This document shows positions 1 to 13,272 of a DNA stretch of 64,000 nt, one piece after another. Position numbers and translations under genes: made by a program. Source of the DNA: Stegostoma tigrinum (lineage: Eukaryota); contig NC_081378.1 in assembly GCF_030684315.1 (NCBI RefSeq), positions 23,422,571-23,486,570 on the forward strand, in the 5' to 3' direction. Position 1 is the first letter of the stretch. Each line of letters begins with the position of its first letter. The notes below the pieces were generated by a model. The model saw nothing but the letters and a program-made list of their open reading frames with translations, was not told the origin of the DNA and made no database searches.

Positions 1-149
1 CCAGACCCTCAGCGATGTTGACTTTTAGCTGCCCATGAATAGGCCAAACAAACTATTCAGTTCAAAGGCAAGTAGGGGTGGGCAATAAATGCTGGCCTTA
101 CTAACAATATCGACATCGCATGAAAGAATGAAGAAAAAAATAACCATTT

Positions 150-690
150 ATTGGATAAATTTATTGGAAAAAGTTCTGAGATAATACAAGTTATCATTTC
201 GAGAGATACAGGTTAATCAAGGTTGTCAGTATCGTCAAGTTAAGGGAAGTTTGTATCTAACTAGATTGATTGAATTTTGGGAGGAAAAAAACAAAGAGGG
301 CACAGTGTTTAATGGATATGAATAAGGTCACACGTGTCAAAATGGTCAGTAAATGAAGAATCCAAGCAAAAATGGCAAGTTGGATCCAAAACTGGCTCAA
401 TGACAGATAGCAAGAGGTAATGGTCAATGGATGATTTTGTGATTGGAAGGCTGATTCCAGTGAGGTTCCCTAGTCTTATTACTGCATCCCTCATTGTTAA
501 TAATCAATATTAATGTTTTAAATTTACATAAAGGGGGCACGATCAAGAAGTTTGCACATAACATGAAAATTGGCCACATGATTGATGGTGAGAGGTTAGC
601 TCTCGACTCCACGCATATATTTGGGCAGAAAAGAGTCAAATGGAATTCTTTCTGGAGAAGTGAGGTAATGAATTTTGGGGAAGGCGAAGT
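150..690 (+). mobile_element. Decayed CR1-type LINE RT fragment
   Basis: CR1-like remnants: tgtatctaactagattgattgaatttt (CLTxLIEF), tggatccaaaactggctc (WIQNWL), aagtttgcacataacatgaaaatt (KFADDTKI-like). Confidence 0.65.
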
Positions 691-1639
691 CGTTACCCCA
701 CCTTGTGATCATGAAGCCCAATGTAGTACCTGTATGATGACCAGTAGACCCCATCGTAATCCTTTAAACTATCCCTGCCCCTTTCGTGCCCGATGTTTTT
801 AAAAAAAACAGTAGTATCTCAAAATGGCAGTGGCCTCTCTGCCACATACAAACGACTGATTGGGGTACTCTGCTCATTCATGTTCCCAAAATGAAAATTG
901 ACTCCACTGAGGCTGTGTTAGCTAAGTGATGAACTTTAAAAAATTAGATCTAGCTGATTTTGGTTTGCAATTGATTTGGGATTTAAAAAAACAAGTCAGA
1001 CATAATTAATTAAGTTTTGTTAGCATTTCGGACAAGCTCCAGAGAATTGAAACTTCATGTAATTTAACTCGTGTACATTCCCAAGTAGTTAGACACTTCT
1101 CATGATAAAAATGAAATTTAAGTAATTCCATTCAGTTATAGTATGAACACAGAGCAAATACAATTAAAATTGAATTGTGATGAATCAGCATGTAAGGCAT
1201 CCAAGAAGGATTTGACATTTTACAGGTGCTAATTCTTCCTTTTAGCAGTTTGGGATTGATTCTGGATATAAAAGTAGAAGCATATTTTATTCCCCAGGGC
1301 TGACATCTGCACAAAAATAACTTCTTTATGTATTGTTCAAGATTGTTTATTTTAAATCAGAAGCCGGCTGTGGCACAGATATTTAAGTAAAACAAAACGC
1401 TAATGCAATGATAAGCTCAGTTCCAACTTCACGCTGACTCCAAGATATTTAGACTTTGCTTGGAATTTAAATGCAGCAGTAAGAAATTAATCATATATTA
1501 ATCTATCGGAATCAGATTGTTGGAGTATGCTGACACAAGACACCACTAGCCGAATCTTAGGGATTTTTGGCTAAGTCTAAATTGCATTGTGTTTTGTTAA
1601 GGCTTCTATCACTGTGAGGCAGGTTCTCTCACTGTATCT

Positions 1640-3090
1640 GACCATAAGATGTAGGAGCAAAGGTAGGCCACTCTGCCCATTGAGTCGGTTCTGCCATTCA
1701 GTGAGATCATGGCTGATCTCTTAAACAACAACTCCAATTTACTGCCGTTGCCCTATAATGTTTGGTTTTCTTACCCATTAAAGATCTTTCGTCTCAGCCT
1801 TGAATATACCTAATGACTCAGCTTTGACAGCCCTCTGTGGTAAAGAAGTCCACAGATTGACACTATGAGGGAAAAAAAAGTTCTTCCTCATCTCTGTCCT
1901 AAACGTGCAACCCCTTACTGTGAGATTATGCCCTCTGGTCCTAGACTCTCCCACAAGGAGAAATAACCTTTCTGCATCTACCCTGTCAAGTCCTCTAAGA
2001 ATCTTATATATTCCAATGACTGCAGGCCCAATCAACCCAACTATCCTTGTAAGACAGTCCCTCCATACCTGGTATCAGCATAGTGAATGTACTCTGGACA
2101 GCCTCCGATGCCAACGTATCTTTCCTTAGATAAGGGGCTAAAGACTGTTCAAAGTATTCTGGCTATATTCTCACTAGTGCCTTGTGTAGCTTTAGCAGAA
2201 CCTCTGCATCTATACTCCATCCCTATTGAAGTAAAATCCAACATTCTATTTGAATTCCCTATTATCCACTGAATTTGGATGCTGCCTTTTTGTGATTCAT
2301 GGATTAAGACTCCCAAATTCCTCTGTTCCATAGATATCTGCTGTCTTTCTCTATTTAAATAATTTTCAGCTCCCAAATCTTCACATTTCCCTATACTATA
2401 TTCCATTTGCTAAGTTCTTGCCCATCCTCTCAACCTGCCTATATCCCTCATCTGAGTTTGTGTTATCATCTCCACTTGCTTTCCCATCTATTGTGTCACC
2501 TGCAAACTTCTTTATAGTACATGCCATTTCCTCATTCAAATCATTAACGTATATTGTAAATAATTGTTGCCCCAGCACTGATTCCAGTAGCACTCTGCTA
2601 GTTACAGGTTGCCATCCTGAAAATGTCCCCCTCATTCCAATTGTCTGTTAGTTCGACAATCCTCTGCTATACGCAACCTCCAACCCCATGGATTCGTGTC
2701 TTATTAAGTAGCCTAATGTGTGGCACCTTATCAAACACCTTCTGAAAATCTAAATATATTACATCCAATGCCTCCCTGTTATCCTCCATTTTACCTCCCT
2801 GAAAGAATTCTAGTAAATTTCTCAGGTATGATTCTTCTTACCTGAAATCAAGCTGACTCTGCTTGATCATATTATGTATTTCTAAATGTTCTGCTATTAC
2901 ATCCTCTATAACAGACAATAAGATTTTCCTAATAACAGACATTAAGCTACCTGGCTAACAGGAACCCTTTTTTTCTGTTTCCCTTTTAAAATAAATGGGT
3001 TATATTGGCAGTTTTCTAAACCTCTTCTACTTCTCCAGAATCTAAGGACTCCAGGAAAATTATCACCGTGCACCCATTATCTCTGCAACA
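1640..3090 (-). mobile_element. Decayed CR1-type LINE (RT end and 3' tail)
   Basis: ORF-track peptides FSGWQPVTSRV...LFTIYVNDL...KFAGDT and YKILRGLDRVDAERLF...SRTRGHNL. Confidence 0.85.
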
Positions 3091-3299
3091 AACTTGCCTC
3101 ATTTATTAACTACCTCTTGCATAATGTCTCAAGTTCAATTTCTGCCCCATTTTTCCACACACCTTTCCCAAACAACTCGCCACTTGGTGGATATCCATCA
3201 AAACACCATCAATACTTGTGCCCACACATTATTTGAAAGTCCGTTGTGCACCTGGACAGGCACTGTGAGTCCAGAGCTGCCCTGCACACTTGTTGACAT

Positions 3300-3530
3300 A
3301 TGCCCGAACGTGGCAGATGGGGGAAAGTCAGCACTATGCTCTTTGACCAGGGACTTGGAAGCCATGCTGGATAGCGTGATGCCATTGTGGTGCTCCCTCC
3401 ACCCCAAAGGACCAGCAGTCATGAACACCAGACCGTACCAACTTGGTCTGCAGTTGCCACCCAGATTGGAGGAATGTTCCGCACTGTAGAAAGAAGACCT
3501 TCTCCCCTCTTCCAGAGTAAGTGTCACTAT
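3300..3530 (+). mobile_element. Decayed Myb/SANT-like coding remnant, probably from a PIF/Harbinger transposon
   Basis: Frameshifted peptide RDLEAMLDSV...TVPTWSAVATQI...CRKK followed by a gtaagt donor-like site; resembles the Harbinger Myb/SANT protein pattern. Confidence 0.45.
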
Positions 3531-3631
3531 CTCCTGTCTAATACCTCACCCTCACTCTGCAACTGTATCAATCTCCCACCATGCATTTATCATTTTCACC
3601 ATTGCCTGCAAGATCTTCCTCACTTGCTCTT

Positions 3632-4050
3632 ATTTATTCATTCACGGGATGAGGGCGTCACTGACTAGGCTGCAATTATTGCCCATCCCTAATTGCCCAG
3701 GGGGCAATTAAGAGTCAACCATATTGCTGTGGGTCCGGAGTCACATATAGGCCAGATCAAGTTAGTCTCATGACAGTTTCCATCCCTAAAGGACATTAGT
3801 GAACCAGGTGGGTTTTTCTAATAATTAATAATGGTTTCATATTCATCATTAGGGTTTTAATTCCAGAGTGTTTTCCAAATCAAATCCACCATCTGCCTTG
3901 TGGGATTTGAACTTGAGACCTCAGAACATTTTTCTTCACAGATGCTACTGGACCTGCTGAGCTTTTCCAGCAACTTCTGTTTTTGTCCCCAGACCATTGC
4001 TTGGGTCTCTGTCTTAACAGATAATACCACTAGGCCATTGCCTCCCCATT
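3632..4050 (-). mobile_element. tRNA-derived SINE-like repeat
   Basis: Minus strand has an A-box-like tggcctagtgg and a B-box-like gttcaaatccc. The 3' part (tagggatgggcaataa...atgaat) matches positions 60-135 on the + strand. Confidence 0.6.
3931..3986 (+). mobile_element. Short PLE-terminus fragment inserted in a SINE
   Basis: cacagatgct...cctgctgagcttttccagcaacttctgtttttg matches the family at 29412 in reverse. Flanks cctcagaacatt / ccccagaccatt (10/12). Confidence 0.6.
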
Positions 4051-7000
4051 ACACATTCCAATGCCAACAGCAGTAACCCTGCATGACCTGAGCGCCACCG
4101 ACTCACTTGCTTGAAACACCTCCTCATCTGCACCACAGTAATAACTGTGTCACCAACTTTCAGCTCTCATGATACATCCATCTCTCACACTCCATGAAGA
4201 AAGCAGCTCACAATAGGGCAGAAAGCGTCAAGACAGGCGATGAGCTGCCTGTTATTTGGCTCCTCATGCCTCATGAGGTGGGGACCCTGATTCTGACTGC
4301 CCTGAACAGGGCCTGGACTGCTATTTGAATTTGCCCTTGACTTACTGTACCAGGAACCTGTGAACAAAGGCTAATCCCCTCGATTTGACTGAGGCATGCT
4401 GCCAACTATGACAAGCTTCTTGATTTTGTGTCCACTGTGAATGCTACTGTAATCTGGCAGTACTGTGAGCCTGGAGTCACTGACTGGGGTGGCAAAGCAA
4501 AAAACCAAAGCAAGGTGGGGATGCTGTGACCATCCAGGTAGGTTCAGAGTGAGTGAGAGCTAGGAAAGCTAACAATGAGCCCATGGATCAATGTGATACC
4601 CACTGACAGAGACACCCTCTGTGGGGAATGACTGACAGTGCTCCTCATGGAATTGGCAGGCATTCAATACCAGTTCTCCTACTGTTGGACAAGATCCTGG
4701 TCAATCTGATAAAAGCCCAGCCATTATCTCTCACCCATTCATCGAGGAGTGATGCTTATAAAAATAAGAAAGAATGTCCTATCATTTTTATTTGTATCTT
4801 TTACTTATTAACCAATGCTGATTTATTTCAAATTATGTTTCATTCACCTTTGTCATCTTCACTTTCTCACTCACCTACTTCTCTTATTTCTTTCATTATC
4901 ATAAAGAATTTTTGCTTTGTTTCACATTCCTTTTCCTCCTTTTTATTTAGTTTCACTATCCATCTTTGTTCCAGTCTTGATGACTTTGCTAAGATATTAA
5001 TTTGTTTTCATTATTTGCATTGTCTGGTTATATTTTCATGATTAATTTTTAATTTTATTTTTCATTCTTTCTTTAGTTTGATGATCCTTATGATCCTTAT
5101 GATACTTGTCCTTATTTTTCTCTCTTGTCTGTGAGTATTGTCATTCATCACCTGTACTATGCTCAGAATTTCTCAGTGCTGATTTTCCCTGTCTCCAAAG
5201 CTGTCACTTCAATTAGGCATCAATAGAATAAATAAGTTACCCCAATGTAAATAATGTGAAGTAATATTTTGGTGTTATTTTTGTTAATTCTTGAGGCATT
5301 CTACAATAGTTTTGTTTTACTGCTTATCTTCCTGAGCTCCCAGCTCTGTCCATCTCTATTATCTACTCTCCCCTGTGACCTTTGTTCTACCTTTTCTGTC
5401 TCTGTGATCGCAGGATGGATATGGATGAGGATACTTAAGCTCTCCCTGGTTCATCCATCCAGAAATAACCTATAGTCCCCTATACAGCAGCCAGCACTTT
5501 TTAAAAAATGATTGCAAGGTTTTGCCATTATCCATGATTATACCTGAGAGTCTGTCTTGTGTCTTCGTCCCTTTTGTGCAGATAGGAAATTGTCAGCATC
5601 TGTTCTAAGTTTCATTATTTTATACTCTGCTGTTTAAGTCCTGCTGCTTATTTTGTAGTAATCTTCTGGATCTGCCTCTTCCATGTTACTAATGCACCGA
5701 GGAGGACCTCATATTCATTCCTTTCCAAAGCTAAAAAGTCTGTTTCTCAACATGTTTCTTCAAATTTTGGCAGTAGGAATCAGTATCCTGGTGGGTTTCT
5801 GCACCACTTTGAAGGATTTGATATATTTCTTGGATGAAACTTTAAAGTGAGTTAAAAAGGAATTTAAAGATTTTTTTGCATTTCACTAACCTCCAACTGC
5901 TGCCATTTATCTTCAAACTCTTCGATATGTTAATTCGATCCATGTCTTCTCTCTTTGTGTTGAACAATTGTCATAACTTTGAGGTCATGAGTTAGTTCGT
6001 ACAAGTTAACAGATTCATACCTCTGTTGGTATTGTATTTCAACACTATCCTCTGGATTTCTCGGTGTCCTTCTAGGACTAACTCACCTCCGAGCTTTTTG
6101 TCTAAATTTGAAATATGTTAGAAATAATTATTTCACTAGTACAAGATGGCCATGCTATTTTGTTTTAATATACAAGTTAGTCTAAATTATTGCAAGCTGT
6201 TAGATAGACAGATGGATAGGTGTGGTCAGTAGTGAACCCTTTCCAATCTGTCAGAACGTAAGCCATATATTTGTTTTACTGTCCTTTTAAATATTATCTT
6301 GTTCACCATTGTATTCAATCTGCTGGAACTCATTTCACCCCTGACCATGTTCTTAAAAGTCATCAGACGGAAATGATCTATTATTCATATGGCTCCAGGA
6401 TAGATTGAAGAGAGATATTCCGGAGGTGAAAGCAGCGCCTCACACACTACATCTGCTATTCCACAAACATTGTGTGAGCACTGTGAGGTTTTCTGTTCAA
6501 GGAAAGATGTACCCTTTCTATTGATGCACCATTTCAGGTGTAAGATGTACAGGAGTAATTCAGATTTACCAATTACCAAAGTTAGAAATATCATTTGACG
6601 AATGTTTCAAATGAGCAGGAAGCAAAATGACTGAACTTACATATTAAATAGATTGTTACCTTAACAGTTTAGTAATGTGCTTCACTGATTTGCATTGCTA
6701 TATGATTAAATTCTTAATAACATGAGGCATCTGGCCGCAGAATTTTTCCTGTTTAACCAAGCTGAGAGCTTAGTAATTATTTCAAACTATTGATGATGCA
6801 CAGATTTAACAGTAAAATTATTTAATTAGTTCAGTTTCTAAGTTAACTTCTTAATCTTACAGAACATAAAACATAGGACATAGAATAGCACAGCACAGAA
6901 ACAGGCCCTTCACCCTACCATGTCAGTGCCTATCATGATGCCATTTTAAACTAATCCACCTGCCGGAACATGGTCTACATTCCTCTATTCCCTGCCCATT

Positions 7001-7910
7001 CATGTGTCTGGCTACATTCTTCTGTTCTCTGTCCAAAGGCAAGTCCGTTCCACTGCATCATATTATCCACTACAGATACAGTGAGGGAGCAAGTCCTGAA
7101 TACACTCCAACTTGATCCTCATGATCAAATCCTATCATCTACCTAATCCATATTGGTGGTCTGGCCAAGTAAGCTGCAAAAGGCTTCAAGAGAGCATAAT
7201 CAGATTAACAGAATGGGAAAACAAGTGGAAGGGATAATTTAATGTGGAGCAGTCTGTGACAATATGTTATGGAAGGAAAATCAAATGTGCAGAAATGGAA
7301 GGATACTGAAGGGTGTGGCTGAACAGAGTCCCGGGGAATCCAATATATAATTCCTTGAAAGTAGAAAGCAGCTGTATAAATCCATAGCAAAGCCCAAAAG
7401 AATTGATGCTACGCGCAGAGGTTTAAAGCATAAGACCAAATTGGCCCAGTAGCATTTCAAAGGCCTTAGATAATACAAACTATGCATTGTCTTCTAGACA
7501 CATCACAATATGAAAGAGCTATTAAAGCCGTAGATTAGTTTGGATTGAGGATAGTGACATACAAGTTAGAAACTTGAAATTACTGAAGTCAACAAAAAAG
7601 TTGTTGTTAAAATGATTGTGGCTATAGAAATGAACCATTTTCAGTTTATTATTGCTTTAAATAATTAGCCTATTAAACACTCAGGAAAATAAATAATCCA
7701 TTTTATCACAATGATTCTTGGACTGAGGGATTGAGCTTCTGGGGTCTTTTACTGTGATGCTGCCATCATAATTTGTCTTCATGCTTAAGGCAATACTGAA
7801 TAAATAATTTAAATTTCTCTTCAAAATTCTCTTTGTTGAAGCCTGGGATTGTTGTGTTTACAAACTAATGTCCTGAGTCCTTGTAATGCACTCTGTCTCT
7901 CCCTCCACAG

Positions 7911-8056
7911 CATAGCTGTCAATCTGATGGTAACTCCATGTATTTCCATGGGACTGAGGGCACCGATTTTAACTTTGTAACAACCAGGGATGTTGATCTT
8001 TGGACTGAAGGCAGTGTAACACAGTGGGTGGAAGAGTTTGAAAGTCAGCCTGCAGG
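7911..8056 (+). CDS. RELN: Reelin coding exon (~human exon 11), 146 bp
   Basis: Acceptor ctctccctccacag, donor gtaagt. Translates [49 protein letters not shown], matching reelin [17 protein letters not shown]...EEFESQPTG. Confidence 0.96.
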
Positions 8057-10691
8057 GTAAGTGCTAGTTATCTCTGGTATTCTGAATATATGTACAGTTA
8101 TCTAGGGGATAAGTGAGATTCAAAGGAGAATTGCTTTAGCCCCAAACATACATATTTAAACCACAGCTACATGTCAAAGAAATTTGTTGAGAGAATGGAT
8201 TAAGTCTTTGTGGTGGGGTGTAAAGGATCCATTGGAAATAATATTTTAACTCTTTATTGCTATTATGACTTCAGAAGGAAATAAATACAGCTATTCACTT
8301 CGTGGCATGAAAAAAACTAAATCATCTTCTCTCTGTTCTTTGCTGCAGAGTTTCTCTAAAAGGTTTTCTTTACACTCGCTTATGGAAAAAGCACTTGACA
8401 GCGTAGGGAATTTAATTCCCTTCACCTTTCCCCAATGCCTACCCTCATTCAATTGACTGCACAAGGATATTCATGCAACAGTCTCCCTCAAGATTTCAAT
8501 CTTCAGTTAACTCTGAGATTCTATAATGTTTGAGATTCCAGCAATTTTAATCTGAGTAATTTTTTTTAGTGTATTCTGTGTGTAGAGTAGCGAAAGGTTT
8601 CATATTTCCAGCATCTACTGTCTTTGAAGGGAATAAACTGCATGGACTTGTTTTTACTACAAACAGTTGTTTACGGTGATCTTTCCCTTAAGACTAACTA
8701 CTGTTTTTTTTATCACCACAATTAACTAAAAATGTGTACAAATTCTGAATGCTCGGAGGTCAGACCAGTGAGGTAGCTACCTCGCTGTGAAGCTTAATCT
8801 ACATGCTGAGCCTTAACACTGTTGTTTCATCCACAATCACCATCTGCATTACTATCTTCATTTGCAACTTGGCCTGTGTTGTTTCCTTGTCTCATTCAGG
8901 GATCCCATCCACCTCCATGTCCTTGCTTGTACATTCCAGCCTTCTAACAGTAATTCCCTGTGCATCCCTTCTCCCTTCACTGTCCAATTGCTGACAACCT
9001 TTCGCTGTCTTAGCCTTGTCTGCTGAAACTTTATCCAATTTCATAAACCTTCTCAAAATCTATCTCTTTAGTTGTGCCTTGCACCTCCTAATTCTAAGTT
9101 TTGATTCTAAGCATAATAGGTCTGTGGAATGCAGGAACCTGAGTTAGTGCAGCAGTAATGTGGAGCTGAACTATTGTTGAAAAGTAAAGATTCTGTCATT
9201 GGGTGCATTTCTGCATCCTAACCCCATCTTGTGGCACAACACAGCCAATCGAAAATTCAGCCGCCTGTCTTTAAAAATAGCTTGGATTGGTAAATGAAGG
9301 AGAATTGAATAAAAGGTAATCATAACATGGAGATTGCATTAACAAATCACTTGTGGTAAAGAACAAACAGCAACATGGTTTGGTTGGACCCAACCAACTG
9401 TTTCTATTTTATAACATATATGCAACTCTTCTACTGTTGCTTGTTGATGGCTTCCCTCTCCTCCTCCTCCTCAAGCAATGTCTGAGGATAGTTACTGCAG
9501 AAAAAGTGTGATGTAAGTGTTAATTGTTATTGAAGATATGGAGAGAGAGTTTAGATTTATTGTCCCTAAAAAAGAGTTAGTGAACATTCCCACTGTAGAT
9601 TTTCCTTACAATTGTTTGTATTTATTTTCATTGAATGCTGTGTAGATAAAAACTGTCCAACTCTAGTGGCAGCATGTACAGTTGAGTGGAACCATGTAGA
9701 TATTAAAATAAAAGTCAACAATGTTGGCAAATGATAAAAGGATTTTGAGAGTTTAAAATAATCTTAAATTAATTAATTAATCAAATTTGGGATCATTTTT
9801 ATTTGCTCACTTTTATTGTGTTGCATTATAAAAGGTACTATATAAATGCAAGCTCTTCGTTTATCTTGTTAACGGCCCCATCAAAACATGAACATGTCTT
9901 CCCTCCCGGCACTAACGAATGAACCTGTGCATTTCTAGGATTTTCTGTTTTGTTTCTGGTGTTTGGCATTTGAGGTTATTTTAATTTGTCTCCATTTTCC
10001 CCTATCTTTTTCTTATTGTAAGTGTCAGAAGTTGATATTCATGTTGAATTCAGCATTGGTACACATGCAATGTCTTCTAGTTGAGAATCCAAGGTTCCAC
10101 TGAGATTACGCTTTTAAATAGATCTGTGAGAGATAGATTTGTGCTGTTTAAACTACTGACTTCTTGTAATCTATGCAGTTAGACATGCTCTTGTCTTTTT
10201 TGTCTGGACTGAACAGACCTCCAATTAATGCTTTGTTTTGCAGTGCAAATCATCAACTTAATTCCTTTTTAACCTGATATAGTATTTAAGATCACTTGTT
10301 AATCCAGATATTTATTTCTGAAAATCATCAATGTCACTTTCTTGTAAACAGTTTTCCATAGGGAAAAAATTCTTCTGTTCACTCAAATATCTGCTAGTAA
10401 ATTCACATTCCACAAGTTGTATCCTTTAAACCCCAGGTTCATGTTTCATTTCTTGCCCAGTGCTAATAAAAATGTGTTTACATTAACATTCCTAATACTT
10501 ACTTTCATCAAACCTGTCAGATTATGTTGGGACAACCTTATTTAATACTATATTTCCCCAGTTTTCAGCCCTCGTGTGTGCTGTCGATGTTTATAAAGGC
10601 AAGTGGTGCTTAAGTGTTGTTGTGGCTGTAATTAAAGTACAAAGCAGAAACAGACCAAGCTGACTGATTATTGCATTCTGTTTCCCTACAG

Positions 10692-10843
10692 CTGGGAAAT
10701 ATCAGGAGCTGTCATTGGCACTGAGTGCAATGTCATGGAGTCAGGCTCGTCTCTTGTGTTCCTCAAAGATGGAGACAGAAGTATTTGCACAGCGTATCTG
10801 GATACAACTAATGATGGAAACCTTAGATTTTACTTCAGCATGG
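10692..10843 (+). CDS. RELN: Reelin coding exon (~exon 12), 152 bp
   Basis: Acceptor tttccctacag, donor gtgagt. [50 protein letters not shown]; phase fits the previous exon (GG|C). Confidence 0.96.
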
Positions 10844-11295
10844 GTGAGTGAACAGAACCAACAGGAAACATGGTGGAACATTATTATATTTGGTTGCTCT
10901 GTCTGTTCACTTGCTTTGAAATAAAATTTTCATCTATTAAGGGTTTTCTTAGTCACTTTCAAAACATTCGGTGAAGCGCACATGCAGAAAATCATGAAAT
11001 TCAATTCAGATCAAATGTGAATGAAATAACATAAAACTATGTAAAACGTATTGCTATATCCTTAACTCTACTACAATGTGATTGTATATTGGGTAGTACA
11101 TGCACACTAAGTAGAAACGATGATTAGACCACTTTTGGGAAGGAATAGCAATGTTCACACAGAATGAATGTCTAATACAAAACCCTAAAAAGGTATAAGT
11201 GATAATGGGAACTACAGATGCTGGAGAATCCAAGATAATAAAATGAGGCTGGATGAACACAGCAGGCCAAGCAGCATCTCAGGAGTACAAAAGCT

Positions 11296-11323
11296 GACGT
11301 TTCGGGCCTAGACCCTTCATCAG
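11296..11323 (-). ncRNA. Minimal hammerhead ribozyme motif in PLE terminal region
   Basis: Reverse complement is CTGATGAAGGGTCTAGGCCCGAAACGTC: CUGAUGA core, stem II GGGU/GCCC, GAAAC, GUC triplet. Confidence 0.7.
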
Positions 11324-13244
11324 AGAGGGGGATGGGGAGAAAGAACTGGAATAAGTAGGGAGAGAGGGGGAGGCGGACCAAAGATGGAGAGAAAAGAAGA
11401 TAGGTAGAGAGGAGAGTATAGGTGAGGAGGGTGGGAGGGGATAGGTCAGTCCAGGGAAGACGGACAGGTCAAGGAGGCAGGATGAGGTGGTAGGTAGGAA
11501 ATGGAGCTGCGGCTTGAGGTGGGAGGAAGGGATGGGTGAGAGGAAGAACAGGTTAGGGAAGCCAAGACAGGCTGGGCTGGTTTTGGGATGCAGTGGGTGG
11601 AGGAGACGAGCTGGGCTAGTTTTGTGATGCAGTGGGGGGAGGGGAAGAGCTGGGCTGGTTTTGGGATACAGTGGGGGAAGGGGAGATTTTGAAGCTTGTG
11701 AAGTCCATGTTGATATCATTGGGCTGCAGGGTTCCCAAGCGGAATATGAGTTGCTGTTCTTGCGACCTTCGGGTGGCATCATTGTTGCACTGCAGGAGGC
11801 CCATGATGGACATATCATCTGAGGAATGGGAGGGGGAGTTGAAATGGTTCGCGACTGGGAGGTGCACTTGTTTGTTACAAACCGAGCAGAGGTGTTCTGC
11901 AAAGCAGTCCCCAAGCCTCCGCTTGGCTTCCCCAATGTAGAGGTAGCCACAGTGGGTATAATATACCACATTGGCAGATGTGCAGGTGAACATCTGCTTG
12001 ATAGGGAAGGTCATCTTGGGGCCGGGGATAGGGGTGAGGGAGGAGGTGTGGGGGCAAATGTAGCACTTCATGCGGTTGCTGGGGAAGGTGTGGTGGGGTT
12101 GGAGGGGAGTGTGGACCGGACGAGGGAGTCGCGGAGAGAGTGGTCTCTCCTGAAGGCAGACAAGGGTGGTGATGGAAAAATAGCTTGGGTGGTGGGGTCG
12201 GATTGTAGATGGCGGAAGTGTCGGAGGATGATGCGTTGTATCCGGAGGTTGGTGGGGTGGTGTGTGAGAACGAGGGAGATCCTCTGGGGGCGGTTGTGGC
12301 GGGGGCGGGGTGTGAGGGATGTGTTGCGGGAAATGTGGGAGACGCGGTCAAGGGCGCTATCGACCACTGCGGGGGGAAAGTTGCGGTCCTTGAATAACAT
12401 GGACATCTGGGATGTGCGGGAGTGGAATGCCTCATCCTGGGAGCAGATGTGGTGGAGGCGGAGGAATAGGGGATGGAATTTTTGCAGGAGGGTTGGTGGG
12501 AGGAGGTGTATTCTAGGTAGCTGTGGGAGTCAGTGGGCACACCTGGCACCTTCCCCTACAACCGCAGGAAGTGCTACACTTGCCCCCACACCTCCTCCCT
12601 CACCCCCACCCCAGGCCCCAAGATGACTTTCCATATCAAGCAGATGTTCACCTGCACATCTGCCAATGTGGTATATTGTATCCATTGTACTCGGTGTGGC
12701 ATCGTCTACATTGGGGAAACCAAGCGGAGGCTTGGGGACCGCTTTGCAAAACACCTCCGCTCGGTTCGCAACAAACAACTGCACCTCCCAGTCGCGAACC
12801 ATTTCAACTCCCCCTCCCATTCCTCAGACGATATGTCCATCATGGGCCTCCTGCACTGCCACAATGATGCCACCGGAAGGTTGCAAGAACAGCAACTCAT
12901 ATTCCGCTGGGGAACCCTGCAGCCCAATGATATCAATGTGGACTTCGCCAGCTTCAAAATCTCCCCTTCCCCCACTGCATCCCAAAACCAACCCAGCCTG
13001 TCTCTGCTTCCCTAACCTGTTCTTCCTCTCACCCATCCCTTCCTCCCACCTCAAGCCGCAGCTCCATTTCCTACCTACCACCTCATCCTGCCTCCTTGAC
13101 CTGTCCGTCTTCCCTGGACTGACCTATCCCCTCCCTACCTCCTCACCTATTCTCTCCTCTCTACCTATCTTCTTTTCTCTCCATCTTTGGTCCGCCTCCA
13201 CCGCTCTCCCTATTTATTCCAGTTCCCTCTCCCCATCCCCCTCT

Positions 13245-13272
13245 CTGATGAAGGGTCTAGGCCCGAAACGTC
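13245..13272 (+). ncRNA. Minimal hammerhead ribozyme motif in PLE terminal region
   Basis: CTGATGAAGGGTCTAGGCCCGAAACGTC, identical to the other four copies. Confidence 0.7.

Noticed and set aside
4628-5041. 137 aa hydrophobic ORF
   Set aside because: Product of T-rich low-complexity sequence (F/I/L/S-rich) with no homology signal.
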